From positions 1-64,000 of the forward strand of contig JBNPEG010000016.1 in NCBI GenBank assembly GCA_051117555.1: DNA of 64,000 bases, read 5' to 3'. The notes beneath the pieces are model-generated. The model had not been told where the DNA came from. It saw only the letters and a program-made list of their open reading frames with translations, and ran no database searches. Each line of letters opens with the position of its first letter. Position 1 is the first letter of the stretch. Both the position numbers and the translations under genes were made by a program. The stretch comes from Elainellaceae cyanobacterium. Lineage in GTDB: Bacteria > Cyanobacteriota > Cyanobacteriia > CAZCXK01. Positions 51,726-61,556 of the stretch are shown here, one piece after another.

Positions 51726-53942
51726 ATGAAATTTCCATTTGGTCGCCGACCGTCCGAAATTCCATCTGATGCAGAAAAGGCGCGAGGATTAGGAACCTTC
51801 GGTGGAGTCTATACCCCCTCGATTTTGACCATCTTGGGGGTGATTATGTACCTCCGCTTTGGATGGGTGGTTGGGAATGTGGGATTGCTCGGAACGCTCA
51901 TTATTGTGACGCTCTCTACGGCGATTACGTTGTTGACCTCGCTGTCTGTCTGCGCGATCGCCACCGATCGAGTCGTCCGCGTAGGGGGCGCTTATTACAT
52001 GATTAGCCGTTCCTTAGGCATTGAAACGGGCGGAGCAGTCGGGATTCCGCTCTACTTTGCTCAAGCACTCTCGGTAGCGCTCTATACGCTCGGTTTTGCC
52101 GAGAGTATGGCTGAAGCGTTTCCACTGTTGAATCAGCTTTACGTGGCGTTGATTACGACGATATTGGTTGCCATTTTGGCGATCACCTCTGCTAGCGTCG
52201 CGATTAAGACTCAGTATGTCATCATGGCGGCGATCGTGTTCTCGCTGATTTCCTTTGCGCTTGGAAAACCCGTTGAAGCGACCGATATTGAAATGTGGGG
52301 CGCACCTGACGGCCTATCCGAGCCGTTTTGGGTCGTGTTTGCCGTATTTTTTCCAGCGGTGACGGGGATCATGGCGGGCGTCAACATGTCAGGTGATTTG
52401 AAAAACCCGACTCAATCCATCCCGGTTGGCACACTCGCAGCGGTAATCACGGGATACATTATTTACATGATATTGCCGGTTTTACTGGCTATGAGAGCCG
52501 ATGCAGCAACGCTCTTAGCAGAACCGTTGATTATGGAACGCATTGCCCGCTGGGGGCCTGCCATTTTGCTCGGCGTTTGGGGAGCTACTTTGTCCAGCGC
52601 AATCGGCAGCATTTTGGGGGCTCCTCGCGTGCTTCAAGCCTTGGCAAGAGACGGGGTGTTACCCAAATGGATGCGCTTTTTAGGAACGGGCAGCGGAGCG
52701 AATGATGAACCTCGCATTGGCACTGCAATTACTTTGTTTGTAGCCGTGGTCGCCGTGATGGTGGGTGATCTCAATTTGATCGCTCCTGTCCTCACGATGT
52801 TCTTCCTCACGACCTATTTGGTGCTCAACGTATCCGCCGGGATTGAAGGCTTCTTGCAGAGTCCGTCCTATCGCCCCACCTTTCGGGTGCATTGGTTGCT
52901 ATCGTTGGTCGGTGCAGCGGGTTGCCTAGCGGTGATGTTTCTTATTAATGCGATCGCCACCGTCATTGCGGCCATTGTTGTGCTCACCATCTACATCTGG
53001 CTTCAGCGGCGTGAGCTTCAAGTGACGTGGGGTGATGCACGCCGAGGATTATGGATGGCGCTTCTGCGGACTGGGATTTTTCAAATCAGCAGCGAAGACG
53101 ACAGCAAAAACTGGCGTCCCCATATTCTTACCCTGTCAGGTTCGCCAACAAAACGCTGGTCGCTAGTAGAATTTGCCTATGCGCTGACTCATAATCGCGG
53201 ATTAATCACCATATCGAGCGTCTTGCCCATTGGCTCTCGCGATGTGAGCCAACAAGCCTCCATGGAAGAAACAATTCGTGACTACCTAGAGCGTCGGGGC
53301 GTCCGCGCTCTTGTCCGTATTGTGACGGCCTCTGACCCGTTTGAGGGGGCGCGACAGCTCGTTGAGACCTACGGGATTGGACCGCTCGTGCCCAATACTA
53401 TCGTGCTCGGAGACACCGAAGAAGCCAAAAATCGCGATCGCTACTGTCATCTGATCTCAGAACTGCACCGGGCACGGCGAAATGTGGTGATCCTGCGAGA
53501 AAACCACGAGTTAGGGTTCGGTCTCCGTCGCCGCATTGATGTGTGGTGGGGCGGTGTGCAGTTCAACGGCGGGCTGATGCTGCTGCTGGCGGATCTGCTT
53601 CGCACGAATATTAGCTGGCGAAATGCAGATATTTGTCTCAAACTTGTGGTGATCGATCAGGCGGGGGCAAAAGCTGCTGAAACCAACCTAGAAAGCCTAA
53701 TGAAGCAGTTTCGAATTTCTGCATCATTTCAAGTAATTGTGGCAAACGGGCGATCGTTTGATACCATTCTCCACGAGTCTTCTAAGTCTGCCGATCTAAT
53801 CTTTTTAGGGATGGCGACACCATCGGAATACTTTGCTCAATACTACGAAAATCTACAGATGCGGACATCAGGGTTGCCCACGATGGCATTTGTACTCGCA
53901 GCACCAGATTTTGCATTTTCAGAAGTGTTGACAGAACGATAG
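51726..53942 (+). CDS. Cation-chloride cotransporter-like (SLC12/APC) permease
   Basis: LGTFGGVYTP, ILGVIMYLR, GGAYYMISRSLG, FFPAVTGIMAG.NMSGDL, KNWRP, IDVWW; ATG at 51726 (TTG at 51717 possible). Confidence 0.88.
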   Translation: MKFPFGRRPSEIPSDAEKARGLGTFGGVYTPSILTILGVIMYLRFGWVVGNVGLLGTLIIVTLSTAITLLTSLSVCAIATDRVVRVGGAYYMISRSLGIETGGAVGIPLYFAQALSVALYTLGFAESMAEAFPLLNQLYVALITTILVAILAITSASVAIKTQYVIMAAIVFSLISFALGKPVEATDIEMWGAPDGLSEPFWVVFAVFFPAVTGIMAGVNMSGDLKNPTQSIPVGTLAAVITGYIIYMILPVLLAMRADAATLLAEPLIMERIARWGPAILLGVWGATLSSAIGSILGAPRVLQALARDGVLPKWMRFLGTGSGANDEPRIGTAITLFVAVVAVMVGDLNLIAPVLTMFFLTTYLVLNVSAGIEGFLQSPSYRPTFRVHWLLSLVGAAGCLAVMFLINAIATVIAAIVVLTIYIWLQRRELQVTWGDARRGLWMALLRTGIFQISSEDDSKNWRPHILTLSGSPTKRWSLVEFAYALTHNRGLITISSVLPIGSRDVSQQASMEETIRDYLERRGVRALVRIVTASDPFEGARQLVETYGIGPLVPNTIVLGDTEEAKNRDRYCHLISELHRARRNVVILRENHELGFGLRRRIDVWWGGVQFNGGLMLLLADLLRTNISWRNADICLKLVVIDQAGAKAAETNLESLMKQFRISASFQVIVANGRSFDTILHESSKSADLIFLGMATPSEYFAQYYENLQMRTSGLPTMAFVLAAPDFAFSEVLTER

Positions 53943-54000
53943 CGTCAGACGGTAGAGTGAGGAGCGACAGGGATTGATCGATAAGTATTCAGACAGGGAT

Positions 54001-54768
54001 TCAGACTAGCTCTAACCAATATTCGTCATCCTGCACCATCAATCGCTCAGTTGGGCAAATCGGTTGCTCATATCCAGGATCAACACAAGCGTATGTAATG
54101 ATGCGATCTGGTGAAATCAGGTACACTGCCGGACGTACGACCTCGAAGGTATTTTTTTCTAAATTTTCGAAACCATCGATGCCAAAACGCCGATAAGCGG
54201 ATCGAAGAGAATCTGGGAGAGTTTGCATGAGTCCAAACCGTTGTGCAATTTGCCAGCTTCTCGCATACTCCGCATCACCCCTGTCAGGCTGCGTTTTGTC
54301 GTTTGAGCTAGCAGATTTGGGATTTGGAGAGACGATTAACCGTGCCGTTGGCATTGGCTCGTTACGGCTGAGTATTGCGTTTTGTAGCGTCCATACCTCC
54401 AAACTGTCATATGGACACCAGTGTTCTCGGCAAAACATGATTCTGACGAACCCGTGGTCGAGATATACGTTGAGGTCAATTCGCTCGCTGTTAATGCCAT
54501 CCACGGTAATGCCGTCCAGCATACTATCGTGGATGCGATCGTCCACGTGTAACGGTCGACTGTTAACGGGTGGGACAATAGGCGAGACAGAAGAAATCTG
54601 CTCGTCTGTGTCAGTCTGGAGGCATGAAGTAGCGGCAGGATATGCTGGATACGTCGATTGAAGTTCTGAGAAATATTGAGTCGAATCGCAGATGAGGCTC
54701 ATGGATAGTTCCCTTACGCTGACTAAACGCCCTATTTGAGAAGCCGCTAAATTGCGCGAACTACTCAT
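54001..54768 (-). CDS. Divergent peroxiredoxin-like (AhpC/TSA thioredoxin-fold) protein
   Basis: F.R..WCPY, IAQRFGL, FGID, PAVYLISPD..I.YA.VDPGY follow the PRX-like pattern; start uncertain. Confidence 0.6.
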   Translation of the reverse strand: MSSSRNLAASQIGRLVSVRELSMSLICDSTQYFSELQSTYPAYPAATSCLQTDTDEQISSVSPIVPPVNSRPLHVDDRIHDSMLDGITVDGINSERIDLNVYLDHGFVRIMFCREHWCPYDSLEVWTLQNAILSRNEPMPTARLIVSPNPKSASSNDKTQPDRGDAEYARSWQIAQRFGLMQTLPDSLRSAYRRFGIDGFENLEKNTFEVVRPAVYLISPDRIITYACVDPGYEQPICPTERLMVQDDEYWLELV

Positions 54769-55011
54769 GAACGATTTATATAGGGTTTGCAAGAGTCAGG
54801 TCGATACAGAAAAGTTAAGGACTTTAGCCCATCAGACTCCTTAACATGCGGATAAAGTCTGCTCAGACGATATGCCAGGCAATGTTAAAGCGATGTCTCT
54901 ACAAACATGATTCTTCAAATCAGCAATGTCTGAAATAAAGCTAAAATTCCTAATGCGCGCTTAAATAAAACAAGTATTAAACGTGCGCCACGACGGAAGA
55001 TAAAGACATTC

Positions 55012-55863
55012 ATGATACCCGCAATTTGCCTTCAGAATGTTCACAAGGTGTATAACAACATATCGGTTGTTAGCGACGTATCCCTCGCGATTCCGCCAGG
55101 GGAAGTATTTGGTCTGTTGGGTCCCAACGGAGCAGGCAAATCGACAACAATTCGCATGTTAACCACCCTCACGCTCCCCACTCAGGGCGACATTGTGGTT
55201 GCAGGGTATGATGTCGCGCGTCAGCCGTTCAACGTTAAACAAAAAATTGGAGTAGTACTTCAGCAAACAAGCGTGGATATTGACCTGACGGTTTGGGAAA
55301 ATATGGAATTTCACGGGCGAATGCATCATATTCCTAGTTCCCGACGGCAGCAGGAAATTGGCCGTTGGCTTGACTATGTTGAGCTGCCCGATCGCAAAGA
55401 TGATTATGTCAAAACTCTATCGGGCGGCATGAAGCGTCGCCTACAGATTGCCAGGGCACTGCTTCATCAACCCCAAATCCTGTTTCTAGATGAGCCAACC
55501 GTTGGGTTAGATCCGCAAACTCGTCGGCGCCTTTGGGAGATTATTAAGGGGCTCAATCAGCAAGGAATGACTATTTTGATTACCACTCACTACATGGAAG
55601 AAGCGGAATATCTCTGCGATCGCATTGGCATCATGGATAAGGGTCATCTGATTGAAGTTGGAACGTTGCCAGAACTGCGACAAAAACACGGGAAAGGGTT
55701 GGTGATGAAGCAGGTTGGCGATCGCTGGGAATATAAGTTTTTCCCTGGATTGCAAGAAGCAAATGATTACTTAAACCATCAGTCCAACAAAACAGGGCTG
55801 ATGGTGCGCCCATCCAATTTAGAAGATATTTTTGTAGAGCTCACAGGCCGTAACTTAGATTAA
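55012..55863 (+). CDS. ABC-2 type exporter ATP-binding protein
   Basis: GPNGAGKST, LSGGMKRR, LDEPTVGLDPQ, TTHYMEEA. Confidence 0.92.
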   Translation: MIPAICLQNVHKVYNNISVVSDVSLAIPPGEVFGLLGPNGAGKSTTIRMLTTLTLPTQGDIVVAGYDVARQPFNVKQKIGVVLQQTSVDIDLTVWENMEFHGRMHHIPSSRRQQEIGRWLDYVELPDRKDDYVKTLSGGMKRRLQIARALLHQPQILFLDEPTVGLDPQTRRRLWEIIKGLNQQGMTILITTHYMEEAEYLCDRIGIMDKGHLIEVGTLPELRQKHGKGLVMKQVGDRWEYKFFPGLQEANDYLNHQSNKTGLMVRPSNLEDIFVELTGRNLD

Positions 55864-56023
55864 ATCAAGATGAGGAGAGAACACGGACTATAGCACCTTG
55901 CAAGTGTGTCGGCAGACGGGATGGTGGTAGGAGCAGTGCATTCTACCCCATCGTACTGATCTCAGGCGCACACCGCCACGGAAAGTTGAGAGTTCAGAAA
56001 TAAAGAGGTAGATTAAAGAGATC

Positions 56024-56509
56024 ATGCCCAGTCTCGCTAGCACAATTGAAGCTATTCTCTATCTCAAAGGGCAGCCGCTGACAATCGCCAAAATAGCGGA
56101 ATATGCCCGATGCGATCGCAAAGACGCAGAAGGTGGATTAGTTGAGCTTATGTCTGACTATGCTCATCGAGATAGCGCCTTAGAAATCGCTGAAACACCG
56201 GACGGATATTGCTTGCAATTGCGAGATTCGTTTCAGGACTTGGTTAATACGCTAGTGCCTCTCGATTTAGGTGTTGGGGCACTCAGGACTCTCGCGGCGA
56301 TCGCCCTCAAAGGCCCCATCGCCCAAACCCAACTGGTAGATCTGCGGGGTTCAGGAGCCTATCATCACGTTCAGGAACTTGTGAGTCTCGGATTCGTCCG
56401 CAAACGTCGCCAATCGGATGGGCGATCCTATTGGCTACAAGTTACAGAAAAATTTTATCAGTATTTTCAAGTTGACAAATTGCCGCAACCCTTTGATGAA
56501 TCTGCGTAA
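56024..56509 (+). CDS. scpB: SMC-Scp complex subunit ScpB
   Basis: IEAILY..G.PL, LRTLAAIALK.PI, RG, TEKF..YF. Confidence 0.9.
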   Translation: MPSLASTIEAILYLKGQPLTIAKIAEYARCDRKDAEGGLVELMSDYAHRDSALEIAETPDGYCLQLRDSFQDLVNTLVPLDLGVGALRTLAAIALKGPIAQTQLVDLRGSGAYHHVQELVSLGFVRKRRQSDGRSYWLQVTEKFYQYFQVDKLPQPFDESA

Positions 56510-56642
56510 GAGCGAGTGATACGATTGCTCTTCGCGCCTCAAAATTCTTGGATCTCCGATATTCCTGCGGAGATTACTGGTCACATTCGCCAATATAGAT
56601 GTAACAATAGACCAAAGGGAAAATAGGAAGCAAATCGATTCC

Positions 56643-57038
56643 ATGGTTTTTAATCCCCAAAGTACGAACTTTTTCGGTGATCACGAAGAAACTGAAAAAG
56701 CAAATCAGCTCTTAAAGTATCTCCAACATCAGCCGCCCGAAGTTCTAGCTATGGTTGCTAGATCGGTCAGTCCCGAAATCAAGCAAATTATTTCTCAAAA
56801 TGTTCAAGGATTGGTTGGAGTCTTACCCTCAGAAAATTTCAATGTTCAAGTAACGACTGACCGTGAAAATCTCGCGGGTCTGCTAGCGTCCGCGATGATG
56901 ACAGGTTACTTTCTGCGTCGGATGGAGCAACGAATGGAGCTCGAAGATAGCGTGGTTGGCTCAATCTCTCTAAACTTCGATGCCAACTCGCCTAATAATG
57001 AGACATCGACTGACCCATTTGATGATTTTTCGTTTTAG
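56643..57038 (+). CDS. DUF760 family protein
   Basis: NQLLKYLQ, RENLAGLLASAMMTGYFLR. Confidence 0.85.
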   Translation: MVFNPQSTNFFGDHEETEKANQLLKYLQHQPPEVLAMVARSVSPEIKQIISQNVQGLVGVLPSENFNVQVTTDRENLAGLLASAMMTGYFLRRMEQRMELEDSVVGSISLNFDANSPNNETSTDPFDDFSF

Positions 57039-57056
57039 TTTCGCTTTAGTTTCGCT

Positions 57057-58262
57057 TTAGTCGGTGGGCAAAGCTGTTGGGCGAACGGGAATGATGATTG
57101 TTTCTCCATTTCGATCGACCTCGACATCTAAGACCTCTCCAATGCGGCTTTGCTCAACTTGCAGTTGAACATCTGATGCAGTTGATACCGCAGCACCGTT
57201 GACCTTGATAACGATGTCTCCAGCCTTGAGCCCTGCATCTGATGCTGGAGTACTTCCCATTACTTTGATAATCAGCACGCCCTGATCGCCCTCAATGTCA
57301 ATGTTGAGGTCACTATCTTGGTTAATCTTGTCTTGTATATCAGGTGTTAGATCAACCATCTGAATCCCGAGGTAGGGATGCTGGACTTGCCCATCCGAGA
57401 AAAGCTGTTCTGCGATTCGTTGAGCGGTTTCGATCGGAATGGCAAACCCTAATCCTTGGGCATCTGCACGAATTGCGGTGTTGATGCCAACCACTTCTCC
57501 TTGATCATTAAGCAGCGGGCCGCCTGAATTGCCGGGGTTGATGGCTGCATCCGTCTGAATAAACTGAACTCGCTTATTTGGAACGCCAACCTGAGAACTC
57601 GATCGCCCGATTGCGCTGATAATGCCAGCCGTCACCGTGTTGTCTAATCCAAGCGGGTTGCCAATGGCGATCGCCCACTGCCCAGGCATCAAGTCTTCAG
57701 ACCGACCTAGGGTCACAATCGGCAAATCAGTCGCTTCGATTTTGATCACGGCAACGTCTGTCACCGAGTCTGTTCCGATGACCTGTCCTTCAAACGTGCG
57801 TCCGTCTTTGATAGTGACTTGGACGGTATCTGCCCCTGAGACTACATGGGCATTTGTAATCAGCCGACCATCAGGGCTAATGATAAATCCAGACCCAGTG
57901 CCGCGCTCAATTTGTTCTGGTTCGGGGAGGTCATCTCCAAAAAAACGGCGGAATAATGGATTTTGCAATGCATCAGGGGTTCGCCCCGCAACCGTTCGCG
58001 ACGCATCGATGCGAACGACAGCGGGTCCGACTCGCTCCACTGCGTCGGCGATGAAGTTAGGATTGGTCGTCGGGATAGGAACCGCACTGAGGGTTTGGGA
58101 TTCTTGCTCTGAATAGCTATTAATTTCTGACAGAGTTGGAATCGTCTCTGTGGAGTCAGGGCGATCGCCCTTGTTCAGGTATGCATGACCAAGCCAGCCA
58201 GTGCCGCCACCCAGAACCAGTAATGCTGTATAAAGACCAATTTGTTTGATAACCAAACCCAT
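57057..58262 (-). CDS. HtrA/HhoA/HhoB serine endopeptidase with PDZ
   Basis: GTGSGF, TNAHV, DVAV, TDAAINPGNSGGPL. Confidence 0.95.
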   Translation of the reverse strand: MGLVIKQIGLYTALLVLGGGTGWLGHAYLNKGDRPDSTETIPTLSEINSYSEQESQTLSAVPIPTTNPNFIADAVERVGPAVVRIDASRTVAGRTPDALQNPLFRRFFGDDLPEPEQIERGTGSGFIISPDGRLITNAHVVSGADTVQVTIKDGRTFEGQVIGTDSVTDVAVIKIEATDLPIVTLGRSEDLMPGQWAIAIGNPLGLDNTVTAGIISAIGRSSSQVGVPNKRVQFIQTDAAINPGNSGGPLLNDQGEVVGINTAIRADAQGLGFAIPIETAQRIAEQLFSDGQVQHPYLGIQMVDLTPDIQDKINQDSDLNIDIEGDQGVLIIKVMGSTPASDAGLKAGDIVIKVNGAAVSTASDVQLQVEQSRIGEVLDVEVDRNGETIIIPVRPTALPTD

Positions 58263-58504
58263 AATCCTATCCCGATGATGGCGGATAAACTCTGTAGTTC
58301 TAATGTAGCGAAACTTGGCTGTTCGAGCTCACGTATTCACCGATCAGCTTATAGAGCGAATCGATCTATCGCGTGCAACCGTGTGAGGCACACCGCTGAT
58401 TCAACCGCCCGCTATATATAGGCAGTCAAAAGTTTTCGAGATTTGCCAAAATTGTATAGAGATTTCGATTTTCAGATAGTGCGCTAGGTATCTAAAGTTC
58501 ACGC

Positions 58505-59521
58505 ATGACCCCGACTATGAGCGTAATTCGCTGGATTTCTGGTTTAACAATAACGGCTAGCCTGATGATTCAGTCACCCATCAGCGGTGCAGTTCCGCGA
58601 CCCTCTCTGTCTAATGCAGAACGCTCTAAATTAGGAATCATCCCTTATCCTACTGCTGAATTCTCAAATTCCCTAGCTATTTTGGCAATATCTCAGTTTG
58701 AGGATGCGCCCCGCAAACAGAGTGATTCTCCCTGCCCTGCGCCCGTCTTGTCTCGGCTAGAGCGTCATACGGTTGCGCCCAGTGAAACGCTGGAGGCGAT
58801 CGCCGAGCAGTATAATCTTATTCCAGCCACGCTCATGGGGTTTAATCCGTCGTTACGGGATGGCACGGCATCGGTTGGTTCAGAGATTATGATTCCTCCC
58901 TACAACGGGATTCGGGTCAACGTCCAGCCTGGGACTACCTGGCAAGATCTCGCAAGCACATACAATATTCGAGCTGATGTGTTGTTCGAAATCAATGGCT
59001 GTGAGCCACCTAACGACGTAGCATTTGTTCCAGGAGTTAATTGGTCACCCACGGCAACTGCATCGGGCAATGGTGGGAATTCATCCTCCTCATCCCCGAG
59101 TCTTAGCAGCTATCCATTGCCCGACGTTGTTGAAGTCATTCAAGACTATGGGTGGCAACTTCAGCCTGAGAGCAGCGAGGTGGCCTTTAATAGCGGAGTC
59201 AGCTTGGCAGCCCCCGTCGGAACACCTGTCCTAGCAGTGGATGAGGGAATCGTCGCGTTTGCGAACGAACAGACTGGCTATGGCAATTTGATTGTGATTA
59301 ATCATAGCTATGGGCTACAAACCCGCTATGCATTCTTGTCTGAAATTGGAGTTGACGTTGGGCAAATCGTTAAGACCAATGATGTCATTGGAAAATCTGG
59401 ACGCATTAGTGGCGATACTACTCCATTCTTGCTTTTTGAAGTCCGAGCCAATTCTGCTTTAGGATGGATTGCTCAAGATCCAGCCAACTATGTTGACCAC
59501 ATGAGGCGGTTCGAACGATAG
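58505..59521 (+). CDS. LysM plus M23-fold protein (zinc ligands degenerate)
   Basis: Two LysM repeats; GTPVLA..G.V..A, GYGNLIVI.H, V.VGQ.V. Confidence 0.85.
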   Translation: MTPTMSVIRWISGLTITASLMIQSPISGAVPRPSLSNAERSKLGIIPYPTAEFSNSLAILAISQFEDAPRKQSDSPCPAPVLSRLERHTVAPSETLEAIAEQYNLIPATLMGFNPSLRDGTASVGSEIMIPPYNGIRVNVQPGTTWQDLASTYNIRADVLFEINGCEPPNDVAFVPGVNWSPTATASGNGGNSSSSSPSLSSYPLPDVVEVIQDYGWQLQPESSEVAFNSGVSLAAPVGTPVLAVDEGIVAFANEQTGYGNLIVINHSYGLQTRYAFLSEIGVDVGQIVKTNDVIGKSGRISGDTTPFLLFEVRANSALGWIAQDPANYVDHMRRFER

Positions 59522-59537
59522 GCTGTCCTAATGGAAA

Positions 59538-59659
59538 TACGGGTGTGGCACAGCTAAAATGGTGTATTGGTAGGGTGTCGTTAGCGCAGCGTAACGCACC
59601 GTTTTCAAGATCTTCAGCCCTTTAAGGATTTGCACTATTTTAGGCGTGTCAAAACACTA
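59538..59659 (+). mobile_element. MITE family C, copy 2
   Basis: GTGGCACAGCTAAAAT...GTTAGCGCAGCGTAAC...GGATTTGCACTATTTTAGGCGTGTCAAAACACTA. Confidence 0.75.
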
Positions 59660-59753
59660 CGCTAAACCTGGGTTCAAGAATGGGAATTTGCGTAAGTCCC
59701 GTCGTAGATGGATATCCCTACGAGAGTCAATTAGTCAGATCCGCAGCACCCAA

Positions 59754-61187
59754 CTATGAGCTAAGCGCTTCGACGACGGTATCGCTTTTTTCATCCTCCG
59801 GCGGGAGTCCGATGATTTGACGATAGATTTTGATATAGTCTTTCGCCGATTTGTCCCATCCAAAATATTCGCTCATTCCTCGTTTTTGCAACGCTTGCCA
59901 ATAGGATTTATATCTAAAGCTTTCCCAGGCTCGAACGAGGCAGGTGTAGAGGTCAAGCGGCTCATAGCGATCGAAGCAGTATCCCGTTCCCGCATTATGT
60001 TCTGGATCGTGATGCGAAACGGTATCAACCAGCCCTCCAGTGCGACGGACGATGGGCACTGAGCCATATCGAAGCGCCAGCAGTTGACTAATGCCACAGG
60101 GTTCAAATCGGGATGGCATCAAAAATGCATCGGTGCCTGCATAAATGCGACGGGCTAAGCCGTCATTGTAGAGCAGGTATGCCGCGAGTCGCCCCGAGTA
60201 TCGAGACGCGAGTTCCCAGAGTTGAGTCTCATAGTAGCGATCGCCCGTTCCCAAAATGACAAACTGAGCATCGGTATAGGCCATGAAACGGTCGAGCACT
60301 TGCAGCACCAGATCGAGCCCTTTCTGTTCGACGAGTCGAGACACGATACCAACGAGAAGCGCTTCGGAATTGACCTCTAGCCCCACTTCCTCCTGTAGCG
60401 CAATTTTGTTGGCTCGCCGCTCGGTGAGCGTATCGGCTGAAAACGGCGTGGCGATCGCCTTGTCTGCCGCAGGATTAAACGCCTCCATGTCGATACCGTT
60501 TAAAATCCCTACGAGCTTGTTACTGATAAATGACAACAGCCCTTCCAAGGTTTCACCATACGCTGCCGTTTGAATTTGTTGGGCATAGGTGGGAGACACC
60601 GTTGTCACAATATTGGCAAACTGGACAGCCGCTGCCATTGTGTTGTGCCCTTGCATATACCACGGACACCACGTCATTTGCTCTAGCTTCCAGCGCCAAG
60701 GCCCCTGATAGGCTAGGTTGTGAATTGTAAAAGCGGTGGCAATATCGGGAGATTGATGCATCCAAACGGGGATCATTCCCGTGTGCCAATCATGGCAGTG
60801 AATGACTTGGGGTTTCCAATAGTTCCAGGCAAACTCAGCTGCCCCATTTGCAAACAGCGTAAACCGCCATTCTTCATCGTCGCCATAGTAAACACGTCGC
60901 GGAGCAAAGGCCGGATGCCCAAACAAGTACAGCGGAACGTCTGTTCCTGGAAGAGTCGTTTGATATACCTGAAAATTTTGGAACATGGCAGAGCCTTGCC
61001 AAATATGCTCTTTGGGGATTTTAACCTTATCTGGCATAAAGCCGTAGTAAGGCATAAAAATTCTCACGTCATGCCCCATTGCTCTAAGAACCTTCGGCAG
61101 TGCTCCAACGACGTCTCCCATCCCGCCGACTTTAGCCAGGGGAGCAGCTTCTGCAGCAACGAACAAGATTCGCAATTTTTCTGACAC
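59754..61187 (-). CDS. glgA: Glycogen synthase
   Basis: [31 protein letters not shown]; start reassigned to GTG 61187 after an AAAGGGGAA SD. Confidence 0.94.
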   Translation of the reverse strand: MSEKLRILFVAAEAAPLAKVGGMGDVVGALPKVLRAMGHDVRIFMPYYGFMPDKVKIPKEHIWQGSAMFQNFQVYQTTLPGTDVPLYLFGHPAFAPRRVYYGDDEEWRFTLFANGAAEFAWNYWKPQVIHCHDWHTGMIPVWMHQSPDIATAFTIHNLAYQGPWRWKLEQMTWCPWYMQGHNTMAAAVQFANIVTTVSPTYAQQIQTAAYGETLEGLLSFISNKLVGILNGIDMEAFNPAADKAIATPFSADTLTERRANKIALQEEVGLEVNSEALLVGIVSRLVEQKGLDLVLQVLDRFMAYTDAQFVILGTGDRYYETQLWELASRYSGRLAAYLLYNDGLARRIYAGTDAFLMPSRFEPCGISQLLALRYGSVPIVRRTGGLVDTVSHHDPEHNAGTGYCFDRYEPLDLYTCLVRAWESFRYKSYWQALQKRGMSEYFGWDKSAKDYIKIYRQIIGLPPEDEKSDTVVEALSS

Positions 61188-61277
61188 GGGCAATTCCCCT
61201 TTACCAGCAACTGAATTAACTAGAAACCAGTCTAGTGTGGTGTGGCATTCGTGCATAGAGCAATCCGATACGGAAAA

Positions 61278-61375
61278 GTAGGGGCGGTTTCTCTAAAGAG
61301 ACGCTGGCGCGAACGCGTAGCGCCTGCGGCATTCAAGAAACGCGTAGCGTCTCCGTCAGGAGAAACCGCCCCTAC
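61278..61375. repeat. GTAG-type REP with nested short palindromic inserts
   Basis: GTAGGGGCGGTTTCT...AGAAACCGCCCCTAC enclosing two AACGCGTAGCG units. Confidence 0.75.
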
Positions 61376-61454
61376 GAAATCTGTAACCTCAATTTAGAGA
61401 ATTGGTATAACGTACCCATCAACCCGGTTTCGACTCCGCTCAACTGACCAACTT

Positions 61455-61556
61455 TGAGAGCTGAGCTGACTAACCTGAGAGCTAAGCTGACTAACCTGAG
61501 AGTTGAGCTGACTAACCTGAGAGCTGAGCTGACTAACCTGAGAGCTGAGCTGACTA
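61455..61556. repeat. 21-nt tandem array, about 4.9 units
   Basis: TGAGAGCTGAGCTGACTAACC repeated; last unit ends at the TA of family C copy 3. Confidence 0.93.

Noticed and set aside
51437..51726. Riboswitch before the CCC-like transporter
   Set aside because: Only one short hairpin (TTGGCTT/AAGCCAA); no match to the c-di-AMP, fluoride or other consensus I know.
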